24,000 bases of DNA, taken from contig JAZHPA010000017.1 of the NCBI GenBank assembly GCA_051024685.1, forward strand, positions 8,023 through 32,022. Direction: 5' to 3'. Positions within the stretch are counted from its first letter, which is position 1. Every line of letters begins with the position of its first letter. The translations under genes and the position numbers were made by a program. The notes beneath the pieces are model-generated. The model had not been told where the DNA came from. It saw nothing but the letters and a program-made list of their open reading frames with translations, and did not search any database. The DNA comes from Moorellaceae bacterium AZ2 (GTDB lineage Bacteria; Bacillota; DSM-521; Neomoorellales; Neomoorellaceae). Of the stretch, positions 8,339 through 16,216 are shown one piece after another.

Positions 8339-9870
8339 TGGGCTTCACACTCCGTTTGGTGGGGTGACAAACCGGCCATCATCAGGCCGATTTCCTCCCG
8401 CGTAAAATCCGAGGGACGGCCGGTGGCCATGAACTTTCCCCGGTAGAGGACTGCTATCCGGTCTGAAAGAGAGAGCACCTCTTCCAGCTCGTTGGACACC
8501 AGCAGGATGGCCGCGCCCTGCCGGCGCCGCTCGAAAAGCATCTCGTAGATGAATTCAATAGCGCCCACATCGACCCCCCGAGTGGGCTGTACGGCTATAA
8601 TCAAGCGGGGCGAGGGATACAACTCCCTACCGATTATGAGCTTTTGTTGATTGCCCCCCGACAACTGCGTAATAGGGGCCTCCAGGGAGGGTACCTTCAC
8701 CTTAAAGGCCTTTACTATCTGCTCCGCCGTGTTCGCGATCTTGCGCGGGGAAAAGAAAAGACCGCTGCACACCTGCTGCCGGTGGTGCAGGCCGAGAATG
8801 GAGTTGGCCTTGACGCTGAATTCTCTTACCAGACCCTCCCTTAACCGGTCCCCGGGGATGCAACTTATCCCCATCTCCCGTAAGGTAGAAGTGCTCAAGT
8901 TGCCGATACTGCGCCCTAGAAACCGGACCTCTCCTCCCACTACGGGGCGTAAACCCATAATGCCTTCCACGAGGGCCTCCTGCCCGTTGCCCGCTACCCC
9001 GACGATGCCCAGTACCTCTCCGGCCCTAATGCTGAAAGTAACTCCTTCCACACCCTGATCGTCGTCCACGCCTGGCACCCGCAGGCCCTGGACGGCCAGG
9101 ATTTCCTGGCCGGGCCGGACGGGCTCCTTATCGACTTCCAAAACCACTTCGCGCCCTACCATGGCCCGGGCCAGTTTCCTCTCGTCGACCTGGCTTACCG
9201 GCCAGGAGCCCACCGTTTTCCCGTCCCTTATGACCGTAACCTCATCGGCCACAGCCATAACTTCTGCCAGTTTATGGGTGATAAAAAGGACCGTCCGGCC
9301 GTCCTGTTTAAACTCGCGCAAAATGCTGAATAAGCGTTCCGTTTCACCGGGGGTCAGAACCGCCGTGGGCTCGTCCAGGATAATCAACCGGGCGCCGCGG
9401 TAGAGCACCTTTAAGATCTCGATCCTCTGCTGTACTCCTACCGAGAGGTTGCTTACCACTGCGGACAAATCCAGGTCAAAACCGTAGCGGGCACACAGCC
9501 CTTCCACTATCTTTTTGCTCTGGGCGTAACTTAACCAGCCTCCCGGACCTGGTTCGGCTCCCAGAATGATGTTTTCCAGGGCCGTTAAAGCCTCGGCCAG
9601 CATGAAATGCTGGTGAACCATGCCAATGCCCTTGGCCAGGGCGTGCTGGGGGGAACTAAAGGCAACTCGCTCCCCCCACACGTAAATCTCGCCCGCGTCC
9701 GGCTGGTGAAGGCCAAAAAGGCATTTTACCAGCGTGGACTTCCCCGCGCCGTTCTCTCCCACCAAAGCATGGATAGTACCCGCCTTGACCTTCAGGTTTA
9801 TGCCGTCATTGGCCCGTACACTTCCAAAGTATTTTCTGAGCCCCTGTATTACCAGAGCGTATTCATCCAC
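8326..9870 (-). CDS. ABC transporter ATP-binding protein with duplicated ATPase domains (ribose / BMP-nucleoside type).
   Basis: Walker A GENGAGKST, signature LSVGVQQR and Walker B LIILDEPT in domain 1. Domain 2 has a degenerate GVAGNGQ plus LSGGNQQK. GTG start at 9870. Confidence 0.92.
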   Translation of the reverse strand: MDEYALVIQGLRKYFGSVRANDGINLKVKAGTIHALVGENGAGKSTLVKCLFGLHQPDAGEIYVWGERVAFSSPQHALAKGIGMVHQHFMLAEALTALENIILGAEPGPGGWLSYAQSKKIVEGLCARYGFDLDLSAVVSNLSVGVQQRIEILKVLYRGARLIILDEPTAVLTPGETERLFSILREFKQDGRTVLFITHKLAEVMAVADEVTVIRDGKTVGSWPVSQVDERKLARAMVGREVVLEVDKEPVRPGQEILAVQGLRVPGVDDDQGVEGVTFSIRAGEVLGIVGVAGNGQEALVEGIMGLRPVVGGEVRFLGRSIGNLSTSTLREMGISCIPGDRLREGLVREFSVKANSILGLHHRQQVCSGLFFSPRKIANTAEQIVKAFKVKVPSLEAPITQLSGGNQQKLIIGRELYPSPRLIIAVQPTRGVDVGAIEFIYEMLFERRRQGAAILLVSNELEEVLSLSDRIAVLYRGKFMATGRPSDFTREEIGLMMAGLSPHQTECEAQWTG

Positions 9871-9898
9871 GGTCCTTCACCATCCGGTAAACTAATGC

Positions 9899-10945
9899 TC
9901 ATTGGGCAGACTGCAGCACATCTATGACCTTGATGGTGCCGTCGATAATGCCTTTCTTGAGCTCCTCCAGCTTTTGGATCCTTTCATTGCCGATGAGATC
10001 CTTGGTATACTTCATTTCGCTTATGCCAATACCGCCGTTGTCCACTCCGAAGACCTTCTCTCCACCCTTGAAGTTGCCTTCTACTGCCTCTTTAATAGTG
10101 TTGTAAACCGCTACGTCTACCCTCTTCATCATAGAGGTAAGGACCAGGCCCTCAGCCATGTAGTCCTGATCGGAATTGCACCCGATGGCGTATTTCTTGG
10201 CTTCCTTAGCTGCTTCAAACAGGCCTGCTCCAGACCCTCCGGCCGCGTGGTAAATGATGTCCACCCCTTGGTTGTACATAGCCAGCGCAATACTCTTGGC
10301 TTTCGCCGGGTCATTGAAAGCGCTGAAGTCGGAGCCTATGGGCTGGACTATTACCTGGACCTCGGGATTAACATACTTGGCTCCCTGTTCGTAGGCCTTG
10401 GTGAACCGGTTCAAGAAGGGTATATCCATGGCCGGAATGGCTCCTATTTTGTTGGTCTCGGTCATCATCCCGGCCAGAGCACCGACCAGGAAAGAGCCCT
10501 CATGTTCTTTAAAGACCAGAGAAGCCACATTGGGCTGGTCCACCGTAGCGTCTACAATGGCAAACTTGGTGTCGGGAAATTCAGCCGCCACCTTGGCCAT
10601 GGGCTCGGCCATGTCAAAGCCCACTCCGATTACCAGGTCGTTGCCGGCCCGGGCCAGGTCCCTGAGCAGACCTTCCGTGGAAGCCAGGTCGGGCGGCTCT
10701 ACCACCTTCAACTGAATGTTCAACTCGGCCTCAGCCTTCTTAGCACCTTCATAGGCCAGGTCATTAAAGGACTTGTCGCCCAGCCCGGCCACCCCGGTCA
10801 ACAGGCCTACCTTCAGGGGCTGCCCCTCGTCTGCCGCCGGAGAAGAGCCGGTTCCGCTGTTGGCGCCCTGCCCGTTGCCGCCGCAGGCGGCGAGAGTCAA
10901 CAGCATCAGCACCACCAGGAGGATACTCCAAACCTTTTTAACCAT
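9899..10945 (-). CDS. BMP-family (basic membrane protein / PnrA / NupN-like) substrate-binding lipoprotein, probably binding nucleosides.
   Basis: Signal peptide with lipobox LTLAAC, a Gly/Ser-rich linker, then GLGDKSFND, FAIVD and the periplasmic-binding fold motifs typical of BMP proteins. SD is GGAGGTTGAAGAGTT before the ATG. Confidence 0.92.
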   Translation of the reverse strand: MVKKVWSILLVVLMLLTLAACGGNGQGANSGTGSSPAADEGQPLKVGLLTGVAGLGDKSFNDLAYEGAKKAEAELNIQLKVVEPPDLASTEGLLRDLARAGNDLVIGVGFDMAEPMAKVAAEFPDTKFAIVDATVDQPNVASLVFKEHEGSFLVGALAGMMTETNKIGAIPAMDIPFLNRFTKAYEQGAKYVNPEVQVIVQPIGSDFSAFNDPAKAKSIALAMYNQGVDIIYHAAGGSGAGLFEAAKEAKKYAIGCNSDQDYMAEGLVLTSMMKRVDVAVYNTIKEAVEGNFKGGEKVFGVDNGGIGISEMKYTKDLIGNERIQKLEELKKGIIDGTIKVIDVLQSAQ

Positions 10946-11079
10946 AACTCTTCAACCTCCAATTTGAAGTTATACAGGTTGAAAAAACCTCGGATCCCGA
11001 ACATGTTAGCCCACCAACCTCCCACTGTTGACGGCCATCACCACCTTTTCCGGTGTCGGGGCTCTGCCGTACAGGCTGG

Positions 11080-11841
11080 CTAGGTCATATAAGCTGCTAT
11101 ACGGCATAAGGTGAAGCGTACAAAGTGGTCCAAGTAGTACTCCGTGTTATACATGACCGGGTAGCCCTCGGCCGCATACACCACCACATCCAGCCTTAAA
11201 ATAGGCGTATACGGGCCTACTTGCAGAGAATCTGCCAGCCTGCCGTCGGCCACAGCTGGTATGATTTCCACTACATCGTGGGTAAGATAACAGTTGCAAA
11301 GCCGTTCCACCAGAGGGAAGACGGCCTTAGCCAGGTCCTGGGTGTCGAAATCGAAGCGCGCAAAACGCCTCCTGGGGATGCGGTCGACACAAAAGGCCGC
11401 CGGCTTCCCGTCCGCCAAGAACCGTTTCTCCACCACCAGTATCTCTTCTCCCGGGTCTATTTCCAGTTTGGCCGCTTCGGGAGGCGTGGCCGGTTGCCAC
11501 TGGCTTTTCACCTGGTCCGTGGAGGCCTGATAGCCGTTTTCCTCGATGAATTTCCCAATTTCCCGGGCCGAATCTATACGGCCCGTCAGCCGCCGGGCGA
11601 AACGATTGACCAGGGTGCCCCGTCCCTGGACCCGGGCTATAACTCCCTCTCGTTCCAGCACCGCCAGGGCTTCCCTGACGGTCAATCGGCTGATGCCCAG
11701 GCGGGCTGCCAGCTCATCTTCCGGTGGCAGCCGCCCGGCCTCCTCAATTTCAGCAGAGGCGATAATCTCGCGCAGGATCTCCAGGGCCTCCTGCACTGCC
11801 GTTGACTTTTTTACCCTGCGAGGGTTCACCACATTGCTCAT
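11080..11841 (-). CDS. GntR-family transcriptional regulator, HutC subfamily (winged HTH plus a UTRA-like C-terminal domain).
   Basis: N-terminal LPPEDELAARLGISRLTVREALAVLEREGVI is a GntR wHTH. The roughly 170-aa C-terminal effector domain is of HutC/UTRA size. Preferred start is the ATG at 11841, with GAGGAT 8 nt upstream. The track ORF starts at a GTG at 11847. Confidence 0.9.
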   Translation of the reverse strand: MSNVVNPRRVKKSTAVQEALEILREIIASAEIEEAGRLPPEDELAARLGISRLTVREALAVLEREGVIARVQGRGTLVNRFARRLTGRIDSAREIGKFIEENGYQASTDQVKSQWQPATPPEAAKLEIDPGEEILVVEKRFLADGKPAAFCVDRIPRRRFARFDFDTQDLAKAVFPLVERLCNCYLTHDVVEIIPAVADGRLADSLQVGPYTPILRLDVVVYAAEGYPVMYNTEYYLDHFVRFTLCRIAAYMT

Positions 11842-11937
11842 AGGCACAGATCCTCAGATGATTAGATTATTTAACTCCTTATTTCGACGCTCGACCCCAA
11901 ATTCCTCCCTTGAAAGCCGATTAATTTTTGGCAAAGC

Positions 11938-11973
11938 AATAAAAAACTCCTGCCCTTTGTGGACACAGGAGTT
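11938..11973 (-). terminator. Rho-independent terminator.
   Basis: Minus-strand RNA reads AACUCCUG-uguccacaaaggg-CAGGAGUU followed directly by UUUUAUUGCUUU, giving a run of six U in total. This is an 8-bp perfect stem. It lies about 190 nt after the class II aldolase stop and about 95 nt before the GntR start. Confidence 0.7.
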
Positions 11974-11983
11974 CGGAAGCAGA

Positions 11984-12068
11984 GGTTTTATACTGTCTGA
12001 TGAGCACCGGCGCCTCTTCCCGGCAAGCTGACGGCCTCGGTTGGGCCGGTCTTGTATAACCCCCAACC
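11984..12068 (-). ncRNA. Candidate structured leader element (three-way-junction fold) immediately 5' of the terminator. The class is not recognised.
   Basis: Minus-strand pairings found by eye:
- P1: GGUUAUAC (12061-12054) with GUAU-aa-AACC (11993-11984).
- P2: GACCGGCC (12051-12044) with GGCCGUC (12036-12030), with one bulge and loop CAACCGA.
- P3: GCCGG (12024-12020) with CCGGU (12010-12006).
- A mutually exclusive alternative helix: GGUUGGG (12068-12062) with CCCAACC (12045-12039).
No covariation evidence is available. Confidence 0.25.
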
Positions 12069-12110
12069 TCGGACCAGACTTAGACTTTGGGGAATTTAAA
12101 CCCAGTTGGA

Positions 12111-12140
12111 ATTATGGTTAAAGCAGTCCCACCCGGTGAA
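12111..12140 (-). promoter_or_regulatory. Candidate sigma-A-type promoter for the leader and nucleoside operon.
   Basis: Minus strand reads TTCACC (12140-12135) - 18 nt - CATAAT (12116-12111). I found no comparable -35/-10 pair between the terminator and the GntR start codon. Confidence 0.25.
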
Positions 12141-12163
12141 ATCGGGGCTGTGCCCTCTACTTC

Positions 12164-13111
12164 TTATTCCACGATTTCCCGGCTCTCCGGGACTTCCTTA
12201 GCGGCACTTCCTTTGGTAAAGAAGCTTAAATAATGTAAAACTTCCCCGGCCTTGCCTGCAGCACCCAGGATACGGATTTTCTCCTTCACCACCGCTTTGA
12301 CTTTTTCCCTGGCCGGCACGCCGTACTTCCGGACATCCACCACATCCGGGTCCTGTGCCAGCTTCTCTCTTAGAGCTGAAGTATAGGCCTTATTGAGCTC
12401 GGTAGCAAAATTGATTTTAGCAATCCCAGCCTGTATGGCCTCCTTAACGGAGGAATCCCGTACTCCGGAGGCACCGTGCAGGACTAAAGGTATCCCTACT
12501 TTTTCGCGAATCCGGGCAATCCGATCTATGTCCAGCACGGCCGACTGCACCCGCATACGGTGAGCACTGCCCACCGCTACCGCTAAGGCGTCTACCCCGG
12601 TCCCTTCTACGAATTGGAGGGCCTCTTCCGGAGTGGTCATAAATTGTCGCATTTCCTCCGGGGACAGGGGGCCCTTCGCCGCGTCCGGTATTTTCCCTAT
12701 CTCGCCTTCCAGAGGAATCCCGACCGCGTGCGCTATTCTCACCAGTTCTTTGGTAACCCGGATATTCTCTTCCATGGATAGGGCCGAACCGTCAAACATG
12801 AGGGAGGTAAAACCTGCTCTTAAACACCTTATAACTACCTCAAAGCTAACTCCGTGGTCCAGGTGGCAGACTACAGGTACAGAAGCCGCCTCCGCCAAGG
12901 TGCGTATCAGCCCGGCATAACACTGCTCCGGCGCATACTCCAGAGCACCCTGGCTTATTTGCACAATCACCGGAGCCTTTTCCTCTTCCGCGGCCTCCAC
13001 AATCGCCTGAGCCATCTCCAGGTTGTAAGCGTTGAAGGCACCTACAGCGAAGCGGTTGTTTAAGGCAAAGATTAGCATCCCTTTGCTGTCTACCAACGGC
13101 ACTCTTATCAC
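12164..13111 (-). CDS. Class II (metal-dependent) ketose-bisphosphate aldolase, FBA / tagatose-bisphosphate aldolase family.
   Basis: AVGAFNAYNLE, APVIVQISQGAL, VCHLDHG, SLMFDGS, LEGEIG, AVAVGSAH and LVLHGASG. The GTG start at 13111 overlaps the PHP gene's TGA stop (GTGA). Confidence 0.88.
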   Translation of the reverse strand: MIRVPLVDSKGMLIFALNNRFAVGAFNAYNLEMAQAIVEAAEEEKAPVIVQISQGALEYAPEQCYAGLIRTLAEAASVPVVCHLDHGVSFEVVIRCLRAGFTSLMFDGSALSMEENIRVTKELVRIAHAVGIPLEGEIGKIPDAAKGPLSPEEMRQFMTTPEEALQFVEGTGVDALAVAVGSAHRMRVQSAVLDIDRIARIREKVGIPLVLHGASGVRDSSVKEAIQAGIAKINFATELNKAYTSALREKLAQDPDVVDVRKYGVPAREKVKAVVKEKIRILGAAGKAGEVLHYLSFFTKGSAAKEVPESREIVE

Positions 13112-14067
13112 CCCTCTACCAGAAATCCCTTGATGGTTTCAAACTGCTCTAAAGAAATGCCTGCTTCACCCAAATACCTGGGGTTACTGACCCCCTTCCG
13201 GGCGTCTGCATGATAATCCGAACCCCCGGTAAAAAATTTTACTCTGGTCCTGTACTCTTCACGAAGGTATTTTTCCGCTTCCACGTCTGACCAATGCCCT
13301 TTGTAGCTGGTCTTGCTGTAAGGATAGCACGCTTCCATCCCGTCCAGCCCATGAGCAATAAGCCTGGCGATATACTCGGCTCGCGTCAGGGTCCGGCCGT
13401 CGGGATAATGAATTAATTCGTCTATCAAAAGGGGATGGGCCAAGACCGCCGTTCCCCCGCAGGCTTTAATTAAATCTATGGCCTCGAACGGGTCTATCTT
13501 CCGCCTTCTTATGTTCAGTTCCGGGTCATCCCTAACTATTAGTTTGGCCTCCTTCCAGCTCGGAGCATAACCTTTGCGAGCCATGGCTTCGAAAATATGT
13601 TTTCTTTCCACTTCGTCAGGGTCCCGGTACTTTTTTTCGTTGTTTTCATCCACGTACTCCAAGACGTCTTTTTCAAAGTCTATGGCCATGCCTTTGGAAG
13701 TCAGGACTTCACATAAGCGCTGGTAAGCTTCCGTCTTACTGTGGCGGGCGCGCTCCACTTCTTTAGCCAGTTCAGCATGATTCCAATCCATCTTATACCC
13801 TAATATGTGCACGTCGTCTACATAAGTATCGCAGGAAAACTCGTAACCCAAGACGAGTTCCACACCCCGCCTTTTAGCGAAGGAACGAATATCCATTTCC
13901 CTCCCGTCAATCTCTACGGATAAGGGTGGCTGTATATCATGGTCCGTGATGGCCACCACCTGTACCCCCACCTCAGCTGCATGCTCTATAAGTTCCACCG
14001 GTGTGTCATTCCCGTCAGAGCGAGTGGTATGGCAGTGGAGGTCACACGCATATCTTGGGATATCCAT
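13108..14067 (-). CDS. PHP-domain metal-dependent phosphoesterase, TrpH/YciV-like.
   Basis: CDLHCHTTRSDGNDTPVELIEHAAEVGVQVVAITDHD, VHILGY, AVLAHP, LDGMEACYP and GGSDYH. Preferred start is the ATG at 14067 (MDIPRY), preceded by GGAGGTG. The track ORF starts at 14112. Confidence 0.85.
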   Translation of the reverse strand: MDIPRYACDLHCHTTRSDGNDTPVELIEHAAEVGVQVVAITDHDIQPPLSVEIDGREMDIRSFAKRRGVELVLGYEFSCDTYVDDVHILGYKMDWNHAELAKEVERARHSKTEAYQRLCEVLTSKGMAIDFEKDVLEYVDENNEKKYRDPDEVERKHIFEAMARKGYAPSWKEAKLIVRDDPELNIRRRKIDPFEAIDLIKACGGTAVLAHPLLIDELIHYPDGRTLTRAEYIARLIAHGLDGMEACYPYSKTSYKGHWSDVEAEKYLREEYRTRVKFFTGGSDYHADARKGVSNPRYLGEAGISLEQFETIKGFLVEG

Positions 14068-14128
14068 TCGCCTCACACCTCCCGGGTGTCTTGGTGTAGA
14101 CCGCAACACCAAATGCAGTCCACCACTT

Positions 14129-14776
14129 TTAAGCCAAAAGCACGGACAGCCTGCTTAAATCGCAGAGCAGAAAATCGGGTTTAGCTTGGACTAACGGCGC
14201 CGGAGGGGTAAAACCATAGGTAACGGCACACGTATAAGTGCCGGCCCTCTTCCCGCATTCCACATCCACTTCGGAGTCCCCGACATACAGAGCTTCCTCC
14301 GGCAATACTTTTAGCCTTTGACAAATAGTGTTAATTATTTCCGGATCGGGCTTACGGTTTTTCACGTGCTCCGGTCCTAGGACGATAGAAAAATAACCGT
14401 CTACCCCCAGGTGCTGTAAGATTCTTTGGGTAAAAAAGAAGGCCTTATTAGTAGCCAATCCCAGGGGGATATGCCTGGCCTGCAAAAAATCCAGTGCTTC
14501 TTTCACTCCGGGGTACAGAGCGGTATTCCCGGTACATCCCTCGGCGTAGTGCTGCCTGTACAGGGACAGAGCCTCCTCAAACCGGTGAAGGTTCTCCGGA
14601 CCTAGAAAAAGTTTGACTAAAGTATCCACCCCTCCCCCCACAAAGCTTACTATAGTCTCTTCCGGAAGCGGGGGAAGGCCCAGATCTCTTAGGGTACGGT
14701 TGGCCGCCAAGGCAATATCTTTCCTGGAATCCACCAAGGTACCGTCGAGGTCAAAGACGACTGCTTTTACCCGCAC
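14129..14776 (-). CDS. HAD-superfamily hydrolase, phosphoglycolate phosphatase (Gph)-like sugar-phosphate phosphatase.
   Basis: Motif I VVFDLDGTLVDS, motif II LATNK, and motif III KPDP...YVGDSEVD. GTG start is preceded by AAGGAGAGG and overlaps the rpiB 3' end by 10 nt. Confidence 0.85.
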   Translation of the reverse strand: MRVKAVVFDLDGTLVDSRKDIALAANRTLRDLGLPPLPEETIVSFVGGGVDTLVKLFLGPENLHRFEEALSLYRQHYAEGCTGNTALYPGVKEALDFLQARHIPLGLATNKAFFFTQRILQHLGVDGYFSIVLGPEHVKNRKPDPEIINTICQRLKVLPEEALYVGDSEVDVECGKRAGTYTCAVTYGFTPPAPLVQAKPDFLLCDLSRLSVLLA

Positions 14777-15267
14777 TTTTTCCTCTCCTTTGGCCCGCCC
14801 TCTGGAACTTCCTCTGAACTCGTCCGGTATTTCATGTCTATTTTATCTATTTTTTCTACCTTAGGTAAAGATCTGCCTCCTTGAAATTCGGATTCCAGCC
14901 ATACATCCACCAGCTTTTTCGCCAATTCCGGCCCTACCACCAAGGATCCCAGGGTCATTATCTGGGCGTTATTGCTCTTCCGCGCCCTCTCTGCTGAATA
15001 AACATCATGGCATTGCGCCGCCCGGACACCGGGTACCTTATTGGCTACGATAGCCATACCTATTCCCGTACCGCATATTAAAATTCCTCTGGGGAACTCT
15101 CCGGCCGCTATCTTCTCCGCCACCGCCAGGCCGATGTCGGGATAATCTACCGGCTCGGTACTATAAGTCCCCGCATCCACCACTTCTATCCCTTTTTCCT
15201 GCAAATAAGCTTTTATGACTTCCTTCAGCTCAAACCCTAAGTGATCGGCGCCGATGATAATTTTCAT
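14767..15267 (-). CDS. rpiB: Ribose-5-phosphate isomerase B (RpiB/LacAB family) with a short C-terminal extension.
   Basis: MKIIIGADHLGFELK, DYPD, GILICGTGIGMAIVANK, and GVRAAQCHD...ARKSNNAQIMTLG. Preferred start is the ATG at 15267, just after the transketolase C-subunit stop at 15269. Confidence 0.9.
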   Translation of the reverse strand: MKIIIGADHLGFELKEVIKAYLQEKGIEVVDAGTYSTEPVDYPDIGLAVAEKIAAGEFPRGILICGTGIGMAIVANKVPGVRAAQCHDVYSAERARKSNNAQIMTLGSLVVGPELAKKLVDVWLESEFQGGRSLPKVEKIDKIDMKYRTSSEEVPEGGPKERKKCG

Positions 15268-15268
15268 C

Positions 15269-16216
15269 CTAATTCCCCCCATGCAGGAACTTTTTTACGG
15301 AAGCGGCTATGCCTTCGCCGTCCAACAGGAATTCTCTCTTAAGCATTTCTTCCGAGCCGGCGGTGCCGAATCTGTTGCTTAAACCCAGCCTTAAGAGCCG
15401 GGCCCCCAGGCCTTTTTCAGCCAGAAGTTCCGCTACGGCTGTTCCCAGACCGCCAGTTATGTTGTGCACTTCCACCGTTACTACCCGGGGGATGGAGGAA
15501 GCCAGTTCCAGCAGGAGAGGCGCATCCAGCGGCCTAACGGTGGCCATGTTCACCACCGTAGCCTGGTACCTTTCTTCTCTCAGCAGCCGGGCAGCCCTTA
15601 GGCTCTCGTACACCGCGCTGCCGCAGGCAACCAGCAGCACATCCTTCCCCTCTGCCAGCACCTCCCCCTCTCCTATGCGGAAAGGCCTGGTGTGAACGGG
15701 CAAGGCCGGCTCTCCCTGCCTGCCGCGCAGCCGCAGATACACCGGACCTGGATATTCCAGCATAGCGCGGGTCGCTTCAAAGGCCTCATGGCCGTCGGCG
15801 GGGTCGACTATCACAATATGGGGCAAAGCCCTTATGGCCGCCATATCTTCCAGAGCCAAATGCGTATAACCGGACCAGGCTGCCGAAAAGCCGGTGTCCG
15901 TGCCGACCAGCTTGACATTCAGCTTTTCCGCGGCTATATCCACCCTTATCTGCTCCAGCGCTCTGAAGGTCAAAAAGTTGGCATAAGCGGTGGTAACCAC
16001 CGTCTTACCGGTCAGGGCCAGCCCGGCCGCCACGCTGATCATGGTCTGCTCGGCTATACCCACATTAAAGCTTCTCTCCGGAAACTGCTTCACAAAATCA
16101 CCGTACCGGGAATGAGAATCCGCGGCCACCACTACTATATCCTTGTTAGCCCTTCCTGCTTGAAGCAGAGCGTCTATGAAAGCGGTTCTGGTAGACTCAT
16201 GCCGGGCAGTCATCAT
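15269..16216 (-). CDS. Transketolase family, C-terminal subunit (pyrimidine-binding and C-terminal domains).
   Basis: TRTAFIDALLQAG, VVVAADS, FNVGIAEQTMISVAAGLA, GYTHLALEDMAAIRALP and VTVEVHNITGGLG. Preferred start is ATGATG at 16216/16213, overlapping the N-subunit gene by about 20 nt. Confidence 0.9.
   Translation of the reverse strand: MMTARHESTRTAFIDALLQAGRANKDIVVVAADSHSRYGDFVKQFPERSFNVGIAEQTMISVAAGLALTGKTVVTTAYANFLTFRALEQIRVDIAAEKLNVKLVGTDTGFSAAWSGYTHLALEDMAAIRALPHIVIVDPADGHEAFEATRAMLEYPGPVYLRLRGRQGEPALPVHTRPFRIGEGEVLAEGKDVLLVACGSAVYESLRAARLLREERYQATVVNMATVRPLDAPLLLELASSIPRVVTVEVHNITGGLGTAVAELLAEKGLGARLLRLGLSNRFGTAGSEEMLKREFLLDGEGIAASVKKFLHGGN

Noticed and set aside
9902-11083. 393-aa plus-strand ORF, the longest plus-strand ORF in the window.
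   Set aside because: It is entirely antisense to the BMP lipoprotein gene and the 3' end of the GntR gene, and its peptide is featureless. The plus-strand ORFs at 11221-11805, 15692-16270 and 20137-20853 are shadows for the same reason.
11953-11965. The terminator loop GUCCACAAAGGGC resembles the PyrR binding-loop core (UCCAGAGAGGC).
   Set aside because: Only about 9 of 12 positions match from memory. PyrR binds an anti-antiterminator hairpin upstream of the terminator, not the terminator loop, and the flanking consensus is missing.
11854-12066. 70-aa minus-strand ORF in the aldolase-GntR intergenic region.
   Set aside because: It runs straight through the intrinsic terminator stem and U-tract, has no SD, and its peptide is basic and low-complexity. 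The region is better explained as structured RNA.
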